This document shows positions 28,989 through 39,569 of a DNA stretch of 64,000 nt, in pieces. The notes beneath the pieces are model-generated. The model was given only the letters and a program-made list of their open reading frames with translations, had not been told where the DNA came from and made no database searches. How positions within the stretch are numbered: position 1 is the stretch's first letter; every line of letters starts with the position of its first letter. Source of the stretch: Candidatus Sulfomarinibacteraceae bacterium (lineage in GTDB: Bacteria > Acidobacteriota > Thermoanaerobaculia > Thermoanaerobaculales > Sulfomarinibacteraceae); the NCBI GenBank assembly GCA_963796455.1, contig CAWCLO010000005.1, forward strand, positions 32,001 through 96,000. The letters are read 5' to 3'. The translations under genes and the position numbers were made by a program.

Positions 28989-30623
28989 CTATCCGTCAGC
29001 GTCCGCTGGGGTTGGAGCAATCGCCGAGACCGCCAATGCCGCAAATCCTGCCAGGAAAAACGCCGGGACCAGTTCGTAGAAGTTGGACAAACCCCACTGC
29101 TGGACGAGCCACCAACTCGCGACGGTGATCAAACAAGCCGCTGCGACCGCGGTGAAATCACCCCGAGAGAATGCGCGGGTCACCCGACCGAGGACGAAGA
29201 TGGCCGCCGCGAGCAGGAGCGTGATCCACCAGGCCCGGGCGAAACCGTCGGGGTTTGACGCGATGTCGCGACCGAGCTTCCAGACGACGGTGACCCCGAT
29301 GCCGGTGAGCATGGCTGCGAGGGCTCCGTGGCGATTGACCGATCGTTTGGTCAAGGCCAGCAGAACCAGCGGTGCAAAGGCCGCACCGAGGCCTGACCAG
29401 GCAAAGAGCACGAACCAGAAGACCAGACGAACCTCCGAGAGCGCGACCAGGATGCCGATCAACCCGACGATGGCCACCGTCCAACGCCCGAGGGTCAGGC
29501 TGCGACGATCGTCCCGTGCCTGGCCGAAGGTCTCTTCCACAAGATCGTAAGAAACCGCCGACGCCGCCACCAGAAGTTGCGAAGAAACGGTGGAGAGAAT
29601 TGCCGAAATCACTGCGGCCAGCAACAACCCGGCGAGCACCGGGTGAACGAGTTTCAGGGCGATCGCCATCAATGCCTGTTCGCCGTCTGCAAGATCGGGA
29701 ATCATCACCCGGCCGACGAGACCGACGACTCCCGCGCCGTAGAAAACCGCCACTCCCCAGAGCATGGCGATCACCTGGAGACGTTGGATTTCGCGATCGT
29801 CGCGCGCCGCCATATAGCGGGTGATGACGTGGGGCATCCCGGGGTAACCGAGACCGATCCCGAGGTTGCCGATGACAAATCCGAACAATACCGGTCCGAT
29901 GCGATCGCCTCCGGCGGACAGGAGGTGTGGGCTGATCGATCCCAGGCCCTGGATGAGGGCATCGAGCCCACCGAGACGAGCGATGGCATAAACCGGGAGC
30001 GCGATCAGAGCGCCGGCGACCAACAGACCCTGAAAAAGATCGGTCCACGCGACGGCGCGAAATCCTCCGAGCGAGGTGACCAGGATGATGACTGCAGCGC
30101 CGATCACGACGCCCAGGATGTATCCCCCGCGCCCCTCGAGGCCGAATGACGAGGAGAAGGCCTTGCCCGCGGCGGTCATCTGCGCCGCAACGTATCCCAT
30201 CATGCACAATAGGACGATCGAGGTGGCGGTCACCCGGAGGACGTTGCGGGGGTCGCCCCACCGACGGGTGATGATGTCGGTCATTGTGATCGAGCCCTGG
30301 GCCTCGGACAGGGGCCGCAGCCGAGGCGCGACGATATAGACGTTGACCATATAACCGAGCAGACAACCGGGTGCGTACCACAGACCGGAGATCCCGTGAG
30401 TAAAGGTCATCCCGACCGCGCCGAGGGTGACCCAGCCGGATTCGGAGCTTGCGGTGGACGACACCCCGGCCGCCCAGGCGCCGAGCGATCGGCCGGCCAG
30501 ATGAAAGTCCTCGCCGCCGTGGGTACGTCGCGCCGCTCGCCAACCGATAAAGATCAGAATCCCGAGATACGCGAACATCACGACGGCGACGGTGGTGAGG
30601 GTGGAGCCCTCGAGCGGCGTCAC
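28989..30623 (-). CDS. putP: Sodium/proline symporter (PutP-like SSS)
   Basis: FHLAGRSLG, SSESGW, AVAWTD, GYPGMPH and ILSTVSSQLL motifs; GTG start overlaps the stop of a small upstream ORF. Confidence 0.8.
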   Translation of the reverse strand: MTPLEGSTLTTVAVVMFAYLGILIFIGWRAARRTHGGEDFHLAGRSLGAWAAGVSSTASSESGWVTLGAVGMTFTHGISGLWYAPGCLLGYMVNVYIVAPRLRPLSEAQGSITMTDIITRRWGDPRNVLRVTATSIVLLCMMGYVAAQMTAAGKAFSSSFGLEGRGGYILGVVIGAAVIILVTSLGGFRAVAWTDLFQGLLVAGALIALPVYAIARLGGLDALIQGLGSISPHLLSAGGDRIGPVLFGFVIGNLGIGLGYPGMPHVITRYMAARDDREIQRLQVIAMLWGVAVFYGAGVVGLVGRVMIPDLADGEQALMAIALKLVHPVLAGLLLAAVISAILSTVSSQLLVAASAVSYDLVEETFGQARDDRRSLTLGRWTVAIVGLIGILVALSEVRLVFWFVLFAWSGLGAAFAPLVLLALTKRSVNRHGALAAMLTGIGVTVVWKLGRDIASNPDGFARAWWITLLLAAAIFVLGRVTRAFSRGDFTAVAAACLITVASWWLVQQWGLSNFYELVPAFFLAGFAALAVSAIAPTPADADG

Positions 30624-30742
30624 TGCTTGCGCTCCTTGGAGCGGGAATCCAGGAGGCTCTCGCCGACCACAAAGATCGTCAGAACCAGAGGGAACACCCA
30701 ACTCAGCAGATGGGCGCCGAGGGTCAGCGAGTAGTTCTCCAT
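30620..30742 (-). CDS. Small 40-aa membrane protein coupled to the symporter (not in ORF track)
   Basis: My translation: MENYSLTLGAHLLSWVFPLVLTIFVVGESLLDSRSKERKQ. SD AAGGAGG; GTGA overlap with the symporter start. Confidence 0.7.
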   Translation of the reverse strand: MENYSLTLGAHLLSWVFPLVLTIFVVGESLLDSRSKERKQ

Positions 30743-30777
30743 CACGGCCTCCTTGCCCGTGAAGTGTAACGCGGAAG

Positions 30778-31875
30778 AGGAGCAGAGGAGCAGAGGGGCA
30801 GAGGGGCAGAGGGCACCCGCCCCTCATCACGTAAAGAGCTTCCTGTACGGTTCTCCCTTTCCCCTTTCCCCCTTTCTCCCTTCTCCCTTTCCCCTTTCTC
30901 CCTTTCGGGAACGGGATCGGAACTGTCGTTCAAGATGTCATCCTGAGCGAAGCGCCTTCGGCGCGAAGTCGAAGGATCTGCGGTCACGGGTCTTTCCCTT
31001 GTGCGTCATAGATCCTTCGACTGCGCCCCTGTGGGGCTGCGCTCAGGATGACATCGGGAGGCGACATGCCCGTGCAGGAGGAATCAGCGCCGGGTGGTTC
31101 TCCCTTTCCCCCTTTCCCCCTTTCCCCCGTTCTCCCTTTCAGGATCGGTATCCACCGCAGCCGTTCGATAGCGATAGCGATTCCGATAGCGATAGCGAGG
31201 ATGTCGAGCGATCCTCTGCTCCTCCGCCCCCGTGCCCCTCTGCCATGTGGACGCTTGTTCTCGCTTTCGGGATCGGGATCGAAACTGTCGTTCAAGATGT
31301 CATCCTGAGCGAAGCGCCTATGGCGCGAAGTCGAAGGATCTGCGGTCTGAGGCGGAGCCGTTCTATCTCATAGATCCTTCGACTGCGCCCCTGTGGGGCT
31401 GCGCTCAGGATGACATCGGGAGGCGACATACCCGTGCAGGAGGAATCAGCGCCGGGTGGTTCTCCCTTTCCCCCTTTCCCCCTTTCTCCCTTTCAGGAGC
31501 GGTATCCACCGCAGCCGTTCGATAGCGATAGCGATTCCGATAGCGATAGCGAGGATGTCGAGCGATCCTCTGCTCCTCCGCCCCCGTGCCCCTCTGCCAT
31601 GTGGACGCTTGTTCTCGCTTTCGGGATCGGGATCGAAACTGTCGTTCAAGATGTCATCCTGAGCGAAGCGCCTATGGCGCGAAGTCGAAGGATCTGCGGT
31701 CTGAGGCGGAGCCGTTCTATCTCATAGATCCTTCGACTGCGCCCCTGTGGGGCTGCGCTCAGAATGACATCGGGAGGCGACATACCCGTGCAGGAGGAAT
31801 CAGCGCCGGGTGGTTCTCCCTTTCTCCCTTTCAGGAGCGGTATCCACCGCAGCCGTTCGATACCGATAGCGAGCG
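30778..31875. repeat. Tandem array of about three 354-362 bp units, each containing a 122-bp REP-like palindrome
   Basis: GATGTCATCCTGAGCG...CGCTCAGGATGACATC at 30934-31055, 31296-31417 and 31650-31771, with inner stem AGTCGAAGGATCT/AGATCCTTCGACT. Confidence 0.93.
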
Positions 31876-31913
31876 CCTCCTCCGCCAACCTGGTTCGGGA
31901 TCGAGCATCGAGC

Positions 31914-32351
31914 ATCACTGCTGTCCAAAACAAATCGGCATGTGAGGTTGCGCACCAGGAAGCACGAGATTTGCGGGTCGGTTTTTGGAAATTTCCGTTC
32001 GCGGTTGCCCTTGTCCGCGTCCGTGTCCTTGCCCGAATTGCAGCGGCAGCGACAGTGTCCAGGGGCAGCGACAGGGATCAGCGATCAGAGGCAGAAATCA
32101 GGGGCAGCGACGGCGTGATCACCTCCGGGTCGTTCAATAAAAGGAACAGCCGTTGTGGTGTCGGCGTCTCGCCTGCCCACCGTGCGGCCGAGACGGCCGC
32201 ACCACCAAGGGCGGAGTCCCGAAGAAACGAGTGCTGTTCACTGTCCCGGCCGCTGATCGCTGACGCTGATGACTGAACACTGCCGCTGGCGACTGTTTGC
32301 TGCCGCTGTCCCTGTGCGCTATCCGAGACTCTGTCTTGGACAAGAGTGATC
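31914..32351 (+). mobile_element. Family F element copy C (non-coding derivative)
   Basis: Ends ATCACTGCTGTCCAAAACA and TGTCTTGGACAAGAGTGATC match copies A and B; keeps CACCTCCGGGTCGTTCA but has no four-helix-bundle ORF. Confidence 0.8.
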
Positions 32352-32416
32352 GAGCATCGAGCATCGAGCATCCAGCACCGGGTGCGCTAAACTCCCCGCT
32401 ACCCGCAGGAGGAGAT

Positions 32417-33292
32417 ATGAAAACACTTCAATTCACCATCGAATGTCTTCTGGTTCTGATCGTGGCGGCCGTGCCGGCGATGGCAGGAGAACCGATCCAC
32501 GTCATGTTGGCCAACGACGACGGATTCGAGTCCGAAGGCCTGGCGGCCATCGCCGAGGTGCTGGCCGCGGATCCCGGGTATCGGGTGACGGTGGTCGCAC
32601 CCAAACACCAGCAGAGCGTTTCCGGCCATGGGCTCGTCACCCGGCGCGAAATCGAGGTGCGGGAGATCGAGAAGATCGCCGGGTCTCCTTCGTGGTCGGT
32701 GGATGGGACCCCGGCAACGGTGGCCCGGGTCGGTCTGACAGCGCTCCTTCTCGAGGATCCGCCGGATCTCATCGTCTCCGGCATCAATCGCGGTGAGAAC
32801 GATGGCCTCGGAGCCTGGACCTCCGGTACCGTCGCGGTCGCCCGTGAAGGCGCCCTGGCCGGGATTCCAGCGGTGGCGCTCTCGCTGCAGCTCGATTGGG
32901 AGAATCCCGATCCCGATTGGCGGGCGGCGGCCCTGTGGGCGAAACCGGTGATCGATGCGGTTCGGGTCGAGGGATTGCCCACCGGGGTGTACCTCAACGT
33001 CAACGTGCCGGTGGACACGAGGTCGATCAAAGGCTATCGGGTGGCGAGAATGGCGCTGGATCCTTCGGAGGAGGGCCGCTACGTGCTGGCTCGGGCGGAT
33101 TCGGATGGGACGCGCTGGTACACCAGTCGATGGAAACCGCCGCTCGTGACCGAAGCAGGCGGCGACAGTCATTTGATGACTCTGGGTTGGGTGACGATCG
33201 TTCCACTCGGGCTCGATCAGACCGCCGAGGGAGCCTTCCCCCAGCTTCTTCAACTCGAGATCCCGCTGCCGGCTCAAGTGATGGCGCCATAG
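32417..33292 (+). CDS. surE: 5'/3'-nucleotidase SurE, with signal peptide
   Basis: ANDDG, VVAP...QS..G, VDGTP, SGINRGEN and SGTV motifs; SD AGGAGG. Confidence 0.88.
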   Translation: MKTLQFTIECLLVLIVAAVPAMAGEPIHVMLANDDGFESEGLAAIAEVLAADPGYRVTVVAPKHQQSVSGHGLVTRREIEVREIEKIAGSPSWSVDGTPATVARVGLTALLLEDPPDLIVSGINRGENDGLGAWTSGTVAVAREGALAGIPAVALSLQLDWENPDPDWRAAALWAKPVIDAVRVEGLPTGVYLNVNVPVDTRSIKGYRVARMALDPSEEGRYVLARADSDGTRWYTSRWKPPLVTEAGGDSHLMTLGWVTIVPLGLDQTAEGAFPQLLQLEIPLPAQVMAP

Positions 33293-33339
33293 GTCGGGCG
33301 ATTCTCAGCCTTGCGGAGGCGGGTGTTTGGTGATCCACG

Positions 33340-33368
33340 TTGACACCAACGGCCCGTCCGCCTAGAGT
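33340..33368 (+). promoter_or_regulatory. Sigma70-like promoter
   Basis: TTGACA-17 bp-TAGAGT upstream of 33442. Confidence 0.55.
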
Positions 33369-33441
33369 TGGGGGCCCCGTGCGCCGGGAGAGTTGAGTTG
33401 CGCTCGAGGGACACGGCAGAAAATGCTGTGGGAGGATGTGA

Positions 33442-34134
33442 ATGGGACGTCGGATTACCCGCAAGCAATTGAAAAAAGACGACGAGTTCGTCTCGGCAGC
33501 TGAAATGATTTTTGGTTGGGTAGCGGAGAACTGGCGGGCGTTGGCCGCCGGCTTCGCTGCTGTGTGCCTGGTCGCCGTCCTGTGGTGGGGCGTGAGCCAG
33601 TGGACCGGGGCGCAGGCGGACGATGCCTCGCTCGCTCTCCACCGAGCGTCGCAGACCTTCGAGGGAGAAATCCCCTCGCCAAACGGAGTTCCCGGCGGAG
33701 ACATGGATGCCGCCGAACAGGAGTTCCGTGCGGTGATCGAAGACCATGGGGGTTCCGATCAGGCGGACATGGCTCGCCTTTACCTCGCGAGGATTGCTCT
33801 GAGCCGGGGGCAGACCGACGAAGCGAAGGCGGAGTTGGTCGAAGTGAGCGAGCGCCAGGGCGACAGTCTGATCGGCCGGCTCGCCAATCTCGATCTGATC
33901 GACATGAGGATAGCCGCCGGTCAGAAATTGGAAGTCGTGGCTGAACTCGAAACAATGATCACAAATGGATCGACGGAACTGCCCCGCGACCTCGTTCTGT
34001 ACAAGCTCGGCGAGCTGTATCACGCCGACGGCCAGCCGGATCTGGCTCGTGGTTACTTTGATCAGTTGCAGGAGGAGTTTCCGGACTCGCCTTATCTGGT
34101 CAACGTGCAACAACGATTCGCCGAGCTCGGTTAG
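33442..34134 (+). CDS. YfgM-like TPR membrane protein
   Basis: RKQLKKDDEF N-terminus, single TM, TPR-like helices, FPDSPY. Confidence 0.75.
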   Translation: MGRRITRKQLKKDDEFVSAAEMIFGWVAENWRALAAGFAAVCLVAVLWWGVSQWTGAQADDASLALHRASQTFEGEIPSPNGVPGGDMDAAEQEFRAVIEDHGGSDQADMARLYLARIALSRGQTDEAKAELVEVSERQGDSLIGRLANLDLIDMRIAAGQKLEVVAELETMITNGSTELPRDLVLYKLGELYHADGQPDLARGYFDQLQEEFPDSPYLVNVQQRFAELG

Positions 34135-34158
34135 GCGAGTCGTAGCGAGGCGGGCGAG

Positions 34159-35463
34159 GTGGGTTTCGTCGAAGCGATCGCCGCAAAGCGGGACGGCGGC
34201 ACACTCACCCAGGACCAGATCGCCACCTTTGTTCGCGGCGCAAGCGATGGATCGCTGCCGCCGGAACAGTTGGCCGCGATGCTCATGGCAATCTGCTGCC
34301 GGGGTATGGAAACAACCGAGACTCGTTGGCTGACCGAGGAGATGTTGCAGTCGGGCCAGACCTGGGACATCGCCAAGGATGTGCCGGAGGCCGTCGACAA
34401 GCACTCCACGGGTGGCGTCGGCGACACGGTTTCTCTCATCCTGGCTCCGCTGCTGGCGGCGCTTGGCGTGCCGGTCGCAATGATGGCGGGGCGCGGGCTC
34501 GGGCATTCACAGGGGACACTCGACAAGCTCGACGCGGTGCCCGGCTGGAACTCGAAGCGGAACCGGCGCGAGACTCTGCAATTGATCGAAGACTGCGGTG
34601 CGGCGATCATCGCCCAGACCGACGAAGTCGCGCCGGCCGACCGTACCCTCTACGCCCTCCGGGATGTGACCGGTACGGTTCCATCTCTGCCCTTGATCGT
34701 AGGCTCCATCATGTCGAAGAAACTGGCCCTGGGAGCCGGAACCTTGATCCTCGATGTGAAGTGGGGGAGCGGTGCATTTCGAAAAACGCTCCCCGACGCC
34801 CGCGAACTCGCGGAGGCCCTCAAAACCGTTGCAGTCGAAACTGGCGTTCGTTGCGAAGCGCTTATCACCGACATGAATCAGCCGCTCGGCCCCGCGCTGG
34901 GAAACGCCTGCGAGGTTCGGGAGGCGATTTCGATTCTTTCCGGCGGCGGTGACGCGAGGTTGCGTGAGGCGACTCTTCGACTCTGTCGCGAAGCAATGGT
35001 CCTGCGGGGATGGGTAGCCGAAGAGGCGGATCGGGCCCTTGTTCGTGCGATCGACGATGGGTCAGGCATGGCTGCGTGGGAGCGCATGGTGGTCGCCCAC
35101 GGAGGAGATCCGAATCCGGATCTCCTCGCCGAACCCGACAGAATTGTCGAGGTGGCGGCCGATCGTGGAGGATTCGTCAACAGTTGTGATGGTGAAGATC
35201 TCGGTCGGATCGCCGCCGAGGTCGGTGCCGGGCGCCGGACGGTGGATGAAGAATTGGCGCTTGGCGCCGGTCTCATGATCCATGCCCGCCTCGGTGACCG
35301 GGTCGAAGAGAAGCAACCCATCGCCAGCCTGCTCATCGGAGAACGCGTGGTGGACGAAGCGCGATGCGTGGAGCGGGTCCGCAATGCATTTGCGATCGGT
35401 GACGACCCGATCGATGTTCCTCCATTGATCGTCGGCACCGTCGACAACGTCGATATCGGTTGA
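34159..35463 (+). CDS. pdp: Pyrimidine-nucleoside / thymidine phosphorylase
   Basis: DKHSTGGVGD, GRGLGHSQGTLDKL, LRDVTGTV and SIMSKK motifs. Confidence 0.93.
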   Translation: MGFVEAIAAKRDGGTLTQDQIATFVRGASDGSLPPEQLAAMLMAICCRGMETTETRWLTEEMLQSGQTWDIAKDVPEAVDKHSTGGVGDTVSLILAPLLAALGVPVAMMAGRGLGHSQGTLDKLDAVPGWNSKRNRRETLQLIEDCGAAIIAQTDEVAPADRTLYALRDVTGTVPSLPLIVGSIMSKKLALGAGTLILDVKWGSGAFRKTLPDARELAEALKTVAVETGVRCEALITDMNQPLGPALGNACEVREAISILSGGGDARLREATLRLCREAMVLRGWVAEEADRALVRAIDDGSGMAAWERMVVAHGGDPNPDLLAEPDRIVEVAADRGGFVNSCDGEDLGRIAAEVGAGRRTVDEELALGAGLMIHARLGDRVEEKQPIASLLIGERVVDEARCVERVRNAFAIGDDPIDVPPLIVGTVDNVDIG

Positions 35464-35515
35464 ACTCTCGAGTGAGCGAGTTCCGGAATTCATCGGGCTG
35501 TTCTCCATCTCAAAA

Positions 35516-35580
35516 CCGCAGATAGCGCAGATGGGCGCAGATACGCGGCCAACATCTGGGTTCATCCGTGGAATCTGCAG
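35516..35580. repeat. Minimal 9-mer inverted-repeat element
   Basis: CGCAGAT x3 facing ATCTGGG/ATCCGTG/ATCTGCA, the same arm type as family R. Confidence 0.7.
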
Positions 35581-35690
35581 TTTCTCCACGGTCGAGTGAG
35601 GGCTCTGCCGTTCACCCATTCTCCCCTTCCCTCGCCCTTCTATTCGAAAACGGGGGAGGGTCTATACTTGAGTTTCCTATTGGAGGTCTG

Positions 35691-36626
35691 ATGTCTGCAC
35701 GAAAACGCGCTCTGGTAACTGGTGGTGCGGGATTTCTCGGTTCGCATCTGTGTGGCAGGATTCTCGATGAAGGTCTCGAGGTCATCTGCATGGACAACCT
35801 CATCACCGGTTCGCTGGAAAACATCGAACAGTTTATCGGCCGCGACGGTTTTACCTTCGTCCACCACGATGTCACCAATTTCATCCATGTGCCGGGAGAA
35901 CTCGACTACATTCTCCACTTTGCTTCGCCGGCATCTCCGATCGACTATCTCAAGCTGCCGATCCAGACCTTGAAGGTCGGTTCGCTGGGCACTCACAAGG
36001 CACTCGGTCTCGCTAAGTCGAAGGGGGCTCGTTTCCTGCTCGCCTCGACCTCCGAGACCTATGGTGATCCTTTGGTCCATCCCCAACCCGAGTCCTATTG
36101 GGGAAATGTGAATCCGGTGGGACCACGGGGAGTTTATGACGAGGCGAAACGCTTCGCGGAAGCCATGACCATGGGGTACCACCGCCACCACGGGCTCGAG
36201 ACGCGGATCGTTCGTATCTTCAACACCTACGGCCCGAGGATGCGTGCGGGAGACGGGCGGGTCGTGCCGACCTTTATCTGTCAGGCTTTGGCCGGAAAAC
36301 CGCTCACCGCCTTCGGTGACGGCCTCCAGACGCGTTCGTTCTGTTTTGTCGACGACCTCATCGAGGGGATCTGGCGGCTTCTGATGTCGGACTATGTCGA
36401 GCCGATGAATATCGGCAATCCGGCTGAGATGACGGTGCTCCAGTTTGCCCAGGAAATCATCAGGATCACCGGGTCATCTTCCGAGGTCGTATTCGAGCCC
36501 CTGCCTGAGGATGATCCAAAGGTGCGGCAGCCGGACATCACGCTGGCCCGGAAGACCCTGGGTTGGGAGCCGAAGGTATTGCTGGCCGACGGGCTCGCGA
36601 CGACCATCAAGTTCTTTTCGAAGTAG
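35691..36626 (+). CDS. UDP-glucuronate decarboxylase-like NAD-dependent SDR
   Basis: [29 protein letters not shown] and RIFNTYGP motifs; SD GGAGG. Confidence 0.93.
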   Translation: MSARKRALVTGGAGFLGSHLCGRILDEGLEVICMDNLITGSLENIEQFIGRDGFTFVHHDVTNFIHVPGELDYILHFASPASPIDYLKLPIQTLKVGSLGTHKALGLAKSKGARFLLASTSETYGDPLVHPQPESYWGNVNPVGPRGVYDEAKRFAEAMTMGYHRHHGLETRIVRIFNTYGPRMRAGDGRVVPTFICQALAGKPLTAFGDGLQTRSFCFVDDLIEGIWRLLMSDYVEPMNIGNPAEMTVLQFAQEIIRITGSSSEVVFEPLPEDDPKVRQPDITLARKTLGWEPKVLLADGLATTIKFFSK

Positions 36627-36675
36627 TCGCGTCCAGGTCCCCCCGGGTCTGCAATTATTACCGCCCCATCGTCTC

Positions 36676-39039
36676 CTACCGAAGCGCCTGAGCCAGAATG
36701 TCGTCAACGGTCTTCGCAAACACCACGTTGAGTTTCTTGAGCGCGTGAGCCGGAAGATCAACCAGGTCGCGCTCGTTGTCGGCCGGCATCAGAATATCGG
36801 TGATGCCGGCGCGAAGAGCTGCGAGCAGCTTCTCCTTGATGCCGCCCACCGGAAGGACATCCCCGCGAAGCGTGATTTCTCCCGTCATCGCGAGATCGTG
36901 TCGGATCGGGCGAGCCGAGGCGGCCGACACGATGGCCGCCAGGATCGTCGCGCCGGCCGAGGGCCCGTCCTTTGGCACGCCACCGGCGGGCACGTGCACG
37001 TGGAGTTGGTTTTCCGAGAACCAGTTCTCTGCGATTCCCATCTCAGCCGATCGTGACCTGGCGAGCGAAAGGGCCGCGGCCGCGGATTCTTTCATGACCT
37101 CGCCGAGCGAACCGGTGAGTTCGAGCTTTGCTTTGCCGGCCAGCGAAATCGCTTCCACCAAAAGGACATCTCCGCCGACCGGGGTGTAGGCGAGGCCGGT
37201 GGCAACCCCGATTCGATCCGAATCGAGGGCCCGGTCGGCGACGAACTTCGGCGGGCCCAGAAGTCGTTCCGTCGTAACCGGTGTGATCCGGTGCGGAGCC
37301 TTCTTTTTTTCGGCAACCTGCACCGCCACCTTGCGGCACACCGAACCGATCTCGCGTTCCAGGTTTCGAAGACCGGCTTCCCGCGTGTAGCCCGCGATCA
37401 AAAGGCCGAGAGCGGCGGTGGTGAACTCGAGGCCATGCTCGGCGAGGCCGTTCTCACCGACCTGCCGCGGGATGAGGTGGCGGCGGGCGATTTCGAGCTT
37501 CTCCTCCTCGGTGTATCCCGGCAGGCGGATGACCTCCATGCGATCGAGAAAGGCCGGTTGGATACTGTGGGTAATATTGCCGGTCGCGATGAAAAGGACC
37601 TTTGACAGGTCATATACGACGCCGAGATAGTGGTCTCTGAAACTGTCGTTCTGCTCCGGGTCGAGGACCTCGAGGAGGGCGGAGGATGGGTCGCCACGGA
37701 CATCCGCCCCCAACTTGTCGACCTCGTCGAGCATGAACACAGGGTTTGATGTGCCGGCCTGGGAGAGTCCCTGGATGATCCGACCGGGGAGGGCGCCGAC
37801 GTAGGTCCTGCGGTGTCCGCGTATCTCTGCCTCGTCGCGCACGCCACCGAGAGATGATCGCACGAACTCGCGCCCGAGGGCGCGGGCGATGGAACGTCCC
37901 AGCGAGGTTTTACCGACACCTGGAGGGCCGACAAAACACAGGATGGGGCCCTTGCTGTCAGGTTGCAGCTGGCGCACCGCCAAAAACTCCAGAATCCGCT
38001 GTTTGACCTTTTCCAGGTTGAAGTGATCCTCGTCGAGGATCGTCCGCGCTGCGCCGATATCGAGATTGTCGGTGCTCAGCGTGTTCCACGGAAGGGTGGT
38101 CATCCAGTCGAGCCAGGTCCGGACGACTGAAGATTCGGCACTTTCGGGGTGCATTGTCGAGAGTCGGCGCAGCTGCCGGTCGACCGCATCCGATGCCTCG
38201 TCGCTGAGCCCGAGCTCTGCCGCTTTCTCGCGGTATTCGACCAGCTCCTTCTCGAGGTCGTCGCTCTCTCCGAGTTCACTCTGAATCGCCCGCAGCTGCT
38301 GGCGCAGGAAATACTCGCGCTGGTTGCGGTCGATCTCTCCGCGAACCTGAGATGAGAGCTTTTGCTGCATCTCGGCCATCGCGAGCTCCCTTTCGAGGAG
38401 CTCGTGAACGCGAACGAGTCGTGCCATCGGATCGATGGTTTCGAGCATTTCCTGGGCATCAGCCACATCGAGCCCGAGGTTCGAAGCCGCGAGATCGGCC
38501 AGACGCAGGGGGTCCTCCAGGCTCGATGTGATCAGGATGACCTCGGGCGAAATCTGTTTGCCGATGGTGCTGACCCTCTCCAGACCCTGTCGAATCGATC
38601 GCACAAAGACTTCCACCTCGGTCTTCGAGGGTCCGGGCGACGGTTCTTCGAGACGGGTGAAACGGGCCTCGAAGAATCCCTCGGTGCGGGTGAAGTAATC
38701 GACCCGTGCACGCGACAGCCCCTGGACGAGAACTCGCACGGTCCCGTCGGGAAGCTTGAGCATTCGCATCACCACGGCGACGCAACCGGTTTGAAAAAGT
38801 TCCTCAGGCGCAGGCGTTTCACTGGTCTGGTCGCGCTGGGTGAGCACCAGGATCAGACGGTCGGCAGCCAACGCTTCGTCGACGGCCTTGACCGAAATGT
38901 CGCGACCGACAGTGAGGGGAATGATGGCGTAGGGAAAGAGCACCGTATCGCGTAAGGCCATCACCGGCAACACATCGGGAATATTGATTGTCTCCAGCGG
39001 AGTTTCCGCCTGATCGAGGAAATCAGGAGCATCTACCAT
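36676..39039 (-). CDS. lon: ATP-dependent protease La
   Basis: [15 protein letters not shown], catalytic KDGPSAG and GGIKEK. Confidence 0.97.
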   Translation of the reverse strand: MVDAPDFLDQAETPLETINIPDVLPVMALRDTVLFPYAIIPLTVGRDISVKAVDEALAADRLILVLTQRDQTSETPAPEELFQTGCVAVVMRMLKLPDGTVRVLVQGLSRARVDYFTRTEGFFEARFTRLEEPSPGPSKTEVEVFVRSIRQGLERVSTIGKQISPEVILITSSLEDPLRLADLAASNLGLDVADAQEMLETIDPMARLVRVHELLERELAMAEMQQKLSSQVRGEIDRNQREYFLRQQLRAIQSELGESDDLEKELVEYREKAAELGLSDEASDAVDRQLRRLSTMHPESAESSVVRTWLDWMTTLPWNTLSTDNLDIGAARTILDEDHFNLEKVKQRILEFLAVRQLQPDSKGPILCFVGPPGVGKTSLGRSIARALGREFVRSSLGGVRDEAEIRGHRRTYVGALPGRIIQGLSQAGTSNPVFMLDEVDKLGADVRGDPSSALLEVLDPEQNDSFRDHYLGVVYDLSKVLFIATGNITHSIQPAFLDRMEVIRLPGYTEEEKLEIARRHLIPRQVGENGLAEHGLEFTTAALGLLIAGYTREAGLRNLEREIGSVCRKVAVQVAEKKKAPHRITPVTTERLLGPPKFVADRALDSDRIGVATGLAYTPVGGDVLLVEAISLAGKAKLELTGSLGEVMKESAAAALSLARSRSAEMGIAENWFSENQLHVHVPAGGVPKDGPSAGATILAAIVSAASARPIRHDLAMTGEITLRGDVLPVGGIKEKLLAALRAGITDILMPADNERDLVDLPAHALKKLNVVFAKTVDDILAQALR

Positions 39040-39107
39040 CTTTGGTCCTACCCCTTCAGCCTGAATGCTTCATGCGTGTTTGGCGCGGGCCACAGCCGAC
39101 ATCATGG

Positions 39108-39569
39108 CTATTCGTCATGCTTGATCAGCAGGGTCTTGAGTTCATCCATGAACTGGTTGACGTCTTCAAAGCGCCGGTAGACGCTGGCAAACCTCACGTA
39201 GGCCACCTGGTCGAGTCGCCGGAGCTCCTCGATCACCGCACTGCCGATTTCTTCCGTCGACATCTCCCGGACGTCTCGCGCCGCCAGCAGGCTCTCGACC
39301 GAGTCCACGATGGCCACAAGATCCCTGCGCGGGACCGGCCTTTTCTCGCACGCCCGGAGCAGCCCGTTGAGCAGCTTTTCCCGATCGAAGGACTCTCGCC
39401 GGCCATCTCTCTTGACGACCGTAGTGGGCACCTCGTCGACCCGCTCGTAGGTCGTGAATCTTCGGGTGCAGTCGGCGCACTCCCGGCGGCGACGGATTTC
39501 TGATCCATCGCGGACATCGCGGGAATCCACGACTCGATTGTCGGCATCGCCGCAGAAGGGACAGTTCAT
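39108..39569 (-). CDS. nrdR: Transcriptional repressor NrdR
   Basis: CPFC...DSR...RRRREC..C..RFTTYE; ATP cone; AYVRFASVY. Confidence 0.97.
   Translation of the reverse strand: MNCPFCGDADNRVVDSRDVRDGSEIRRRRECADCTRRFTTYERVDEVPTTVVKRDGRRESFDREKLLNGLLRACEKRPVPRRDLVAIVDSVESLLAARDVREMSTEEIGSAVIEELRRLDQVAYVRFASVYRRFEDVNQFMDELKTLLIKHDE

Noticed and set aside
30934..31771. Possible CRISPR array
   Set aside because: Repeats are 122 bp, the intervening sequences are near-identical rather than unique spacers, and there are no cas genes.
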